Shown piece after piece: positions 60,677 through 64,000 of a DNA stretch of 64,000 nt. The first letter of the stretch is position 1, and each line of letters begins with the position of its first letter. The stretch comes from Gammaproteobacteria bacterium (GTDB lineage Bacteria; Pseudomonadota; Gammaproteobacteria; UBA4575). A model generated the notes under the pieces. It did not search any database. It was not told the origin of the DNA and worked only from the letters and a program-made list of their open reading frames with translations. The stretch covers positions 288,001-352,000 of the forward strand of contig CBDEUS010000002.1 of assembly GCA_965243395.1 (NCBI GenBank), given 5' to 3'. The translations under genes and the position numbers were made by a program.

Positions 60677-61135
60677 TTAACTTTTAAATTCATTTTGCCT
60701 CCAGGCTTCGTAGAGAATAATTCCCACTGCATTGGCTAAGTTGATACTACGTGATGATTCATGCATGGGAATGCGTAGCACATGTTTCGTGTCGTACTCT
60801 CTAAGAATAGTATCTGGCAAACCTCTGGTTTCTGGCCCAAATATGAATGTATCTTCAGCTTGAAAACCGGGCACATCATAGTTGGTATGCCCTTTAGTAG
60901 AACATGCAAAAATCCGTTTCGGTTTAAGTGAATCCAACATCGCTTGATAGCTTTGATGTTCAATAACACTAGCAAATTCATGATAATCTAAGCCGGCTCT
61001 GCGCAATTTTTTTTCATCTAATTGAAATCCTAATGGATGCACTAAATGTAAATCGCAACCCATATTGGCGCATAATCGTATAATGTTGCCGGTATTGGGT
61101 GGAATTTCCGGCTCAAATAAGACAACGTTGAACAT
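60677..61135 (-). CDS. trmL: tRNA (cytidine/uridine-34 2'-O)-methyltransferase
   Basis: PEIPPNTGNIIRLCAN, RRAGLDY, FGPETRGLP. Confidence 0.97.
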   Translation of the reverse strand: MFNVVLFEPEIPPNTGNIIRLCANMGCDLHLVHPLGFQLDEKKLRRAGLDYHEFASVIEHQSYQAMLDSLKPKRIFACSTKGHTNYDVPGFQAEDTFIFGPETRGLPDTILREYDTKHVLRIPMHESSRSINLANAVGIILYEAWRQNEFKS

Positions 61136-61141
61136 ATTCAA

Positions 61142-62095
61142 ATGGTAAGTGAAAAATTACATATAGAGTTTTGTGGCTTAAAACTAAACTCCCCTTTGGT
61201 ATTGTTATCAGGTTGTGTTGGTTTTGGAGAAGAATACACACGGATTGAAGGATTCTCCAATAAAGATGTCGGAGCAGTTTGTCTAAAAGGCACCACTGCG
61301 GAGGCAAGATTTGGAAATGCACCCCACCGTATTGCTGAAACACCAGATGGAATGTTGAATGCTATTGGCTTACAAAACCCTGGTGTTGATTATGTTGTAA
61401 ATGACATTTTGCCTAAGTTAGATTTTTCCGAAACTCATTTCATTGCTAACGTTTCAGGCTCAACAGTTGAAGAATATGTTGAGGTGACACGTAAATTCGA
61501 TGATTCACCTATTAATGCCATAGAAATTAATATTTCTTGTCCAAATGTAAAAGAAGGTGGCGTAGCTTTTGGAAATGACCCCGAAATGTCAGCGCGTGTG
61601 GTTGCAGCTTGCCGTGCCGTTACAAGCAAACCTATTATTACCAAACTTTCACCCAATCAAACCGACATTAAACTCAATGCAAAACTCTGTATTGAAGCTG
61701 GAAGTGACGCCTTTGCAGTCATTAACACTGTAATGGGAATGGCGATTGATATACACAAAAAGCAACCCATTATTCATAACAACCAGGGGGGTTTATCGGG
61801 CCCTGCAATCAAACCCATTGCACTATTAAAAGTGCATGAAGTTTATCAAGTGAGTAAAGCACACAACGTTCCCATTATTGGTCAAGGCGGGGTAGTTGAT
61901 ACCGTTGATGCTATTGAATTTTTATTAGCAGGCGCCACAACGGTTGGATTAGGTACGGGACTTTTTTATGACCCGCTTTGCTGCAAAAAAATCAATCAAG
62001 GCATTATCGAATATTTAGAACAAAACAATCATCAACATGTAAATGAAATCATCGGAACATTACAAACTTATACCGATGCTTCTGGATGTGTTTGA
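61142..62095 (+). CDS. pyrD: Dihydroorotate dehydrogenase, class 1B-type catalytic subunit
   Basis: MLNAIGLQNPG, EINISCPNV (catalytic Cys), KLSPN, GGLSGPAIKP. Confidence 0.92.
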   Translation: MVSEKLHIEFCGLKLNSPLVLLSGCVGFGEEYTRIEGFSNKDVGAVCLKGTTAEARFGNAPHRIAETPDGMLNAIGLQNPGVDYVVNDILPKLDFSETHFIANVSGSTVEEYVEVTRKFDDSPINAIEINISCPNVKEGGVAFGNDPEMSARVVAACRAVTSKPIITKLSPNQTDIKLNAKLCIEAGSDAFAVINTVMGMAIDIHKKQPIIHNNQGGLSGPAIKPIALLKVHEVYQVSKAHNVPIIGQGGVVDTVDAIEFLLAGATTVGLGTGLFYDPLCCKKINQGIIEYLEQNNHQHVNEIIGTLQTYTDASGCV

Positions 62096-62124
62096 TGTCT
62101 TTTTAACACTAAATAAAAGATTAA

Positions 62125-63528
62125 TCACTGAAACAAGCCTAGTTCCTGAATCTTCCTGGTTAAGGTGTTCCTTCCCCATCCAAGAAGTTTTGCAGCTTCT
62201 TGGCGTTTACCGCCAGTTTTTCGCATTGCAGTTTTAATCATAATCGCTTCAAATTCCGGTAAAGCTCGATCGAGTATCGACTCGCCTCCCTTAGATAACT
62301 CACGATCCGCCCATTCACCCAGTAATGTTTGCCAGCTTGCAATATCAGTAACAGACATTTCATCTTTTAACATTTCAGATGGTAAATCTTGCATACGAAT
62401 TTCATTGCTGGACGCCATAACCGTCAACCAACGACAAACATTTTCCAATTGACGAATATTTCCAGGCCAGGTTAGTGCACTTAAGTATTCGACAACTTCA
62501 TCAGAGATTTTTTTAGTTTCAGTCTTTAATTCTTTTGCAGAAGCCTTCATGAAGTGTTGCATGAGTGCAGGTATATCTTCTTTGCGCTCACGCAAAGGCG
62601 GTAATTGAATACGAATTACATTCAAGCGGTGAAATAAATCCTCTCGAAAATCTCCATTACGTACACGTGCTTCTAAATTTTGATGTGTAGCAGCAATAAT
62701 GCGTACATCTGCTTTGATCGGCTCGTGCCCACCTACGCGATAAAAATGCCCATCTGATAACACGCGCAATAAACGCGTTTGTAAGTCTGCGGGCATGTCT
62801 CCAATTTCATCAAGAAACAGTGTCCCGCCATGGGCCTGTTCAAACCTACCTTTGCGTTGTGATTGCGCACCCGTAAAAGCGCCTTTTTCATGACCAAATA
62901 GTTCCGACTCCAATAATTCTCTAGGTATAGCTGCCATGTTCAGAGCAATAAATGGACTTTGTGCACGCGGGCTATGATCGTGCAAAGCGTGTGAAACAAG
63001 TTCTTTACCTGTTCCGGATGCGCCATTAATTAAGACTGTAACATTAGAGTTAGACAACCTTCCTATGGCACGAAAGACTTCTTGCATTGCAGGTGATTCA
63101 CCAATTATCCCCGGCAACTCTTCGTTCGTTTCTTCTTGCGTGTCACTAGAAATTTCTTCGTTGGCCGCTAAACATGCGCGTTTTGTTAATTCCACGGCGT
63201 CATCAACATCAAAAGGCTTAGGCAAATATTCAAATGCTCCTTTTTGATACGCGCCTACAGCACTCTGTAGATCTGAATGAGCCGTCATAATAATGATGGG
63301 TAGGGCAGGATGATCTGCTTTTATTCGATCAAGAAACTCGAATCCATCCATACCCGGCATTCGCACATCAGTAAGAATCGCGGTAGGAACATTGTGTTCA
63401 AGTTCATGAATCGCAGTATTGGCAGATTCAAACGTAATAACAGGAATCTCGGCTTTTTGAAACGCGCGCTCCAACACCCAGCGCATCGCCTGATCATCAT
63501 CAATTACCCAAACTTTATTTTCTCTCAT
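62125..63528 (-). CDS. ntrC: Nitrogen regulation protein NR(I), sigma54 activator
   Basis: Receiver domain, [16 protein letters not shown]-terminal [12 protein letters not shown]. Confidence 0.97.
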   Translation of the reverse strand: MRENKVWVIDDDQAMRWVLERAFQKAEIPVITFESANTAIHELEHNVPTAILTDVRMPGMDGFEFLDRIKADHPALPIIIMTAHSDLQSAVGAYQKGAFEYLPKPFDVDDAVELTKRACLAANEEISSDTQEETNEELPGIIGESPAMQEVFRAIGRLSNSNVTVLINGASGTGKELVSHALHDHSPRAQSPFIALNMAAIPRELLESELFGHEKGAFTGAQSQRKGRFEQAHGGTLFLDEIGDMPADLQTRLLRVLSDGHFYRVGGHEPIKADVRIIAATHQNLEARVRNGDFREDLFHRLNVIRIQLPPLRERKEDIPALMQHFMKASAKELKTETKKISDEVVEYLSALTWPGNIRQLENVCRWLTVMASSNEIRMQDLPSEMLKDEMSVTDIASWQTLLGEWADRELSKGGESILDRALPEFEAIMIKTAMRKTGGKRQEAAKLLGWGRNTLTRKIQELGLFQ

Positions 63529-63537
63529 AACTGTTCT

Positions 63538-64000
63538 TTATTTTTTTACTTTAAAATTATTTTCACTATTTAGTGGAAGTAATACTCGAAATTCTGTACG
63601 TCCAACAGTTGAATCAAACTCGATTAGACCATCATGTAAATTCACTAAATTTTGTGATATTGGAAGACCTAATCCTGAGCCATTCTGACTTCCTGAAACC
63701 ATGGGGAAAAATATTTGCGGTTTTAATTCTTCTTTGATTCCCATACCGTTATCAATCACGCTCACTTCTATTACTAAACGATGCATAACATCGCCAATAG
63801 TGTATTGACGCAATACTCGTGTTTTTAAAGTAACTTCTCCAGGCTCAGTGTCATTTGTATTTACTGCACACACTGCATTACGCACAATATTTAGAATAGC
63901 CTGGACGAGTAAATCACGATCCGCATGAATTTCTGGAATGCTGGGATCGTAATCAACTTTGAACTTAACACCTGTAGGGGTTTCAGCCAGCGCTAGGTGG
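63538..64000 (-). CDS. ntrB: Nitrogen regulation kinase NR(II), C-terminal part (starts beyond window)
   Basis: DYDPSIP, LNIVRNA, FFPMVS, GSGLGL; directly upstream of ntrC. Confidence 0.93.
   Translation of the reverse strand, partial: HLALAETPTGVKFKVDYDPSIPEIHADRDLLVQAILNIVRNAVCAVNTNDTEPGEVTLKTRVLRQYTIGDVMHRLVIEVSVIDNGMGIKEELKPQIFFPMVSGSQNGSGLGLPISQNLVNLHDGLIEFDSTVGRTEFRVLLPLNSENNFKVKK

Overview
AT-rich gammaproteobacterial chromosomal window, mostly core genes, with two notable blocks. (1) 1-18.5 kb is a compact phosphate-starvation island: partial phoU, pstBAC, pstS, phoRB, an OprO/P-type porin, a choice-of-anchor I protein, dgkA, a PAP2 phosphatase, PlcP-like phosphoesterase plus GT4 glycosyltransferase, ppk1 and ppx, with 11-bp-periodic Pho boxes visible in several promoters. 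(2) 36.2-53.8 kb, next to ispH, is a tandem stack of type IV minor-pilin cassettes (fimT-pilV-pilW-pilX-pilY1-pilE). Two are complete and carry very different PilY1 tip adhesins, one with three lectin-like repeats inserted in its vWA domain. A third cassette has collapsed to fimT plus an out-of-frame pilV/pilE fusion scar not shown in the ORF track. A decayed second copy of the ispH 3' end and a duplicated fimT promoter record how cassettes were added. Upstream of the stack are a GGA-hairpin-rich leader and a candidate tiny CsrA-binding sRNA. The rest is housekeeping (exeAB, pntAB, ispB, rplU-rpmA-obgE-proB, rpsT, murJ-ribF-ileS-lspA-ispH, ctpA/envC, grxC-secB-gpsA, trmL, pyrD, ntrC and partial ntrB). 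I saw no rRNA, tRNA, CRISPR array, integrase or transposase. All alignments and family assignments were made by eye, without database searches.
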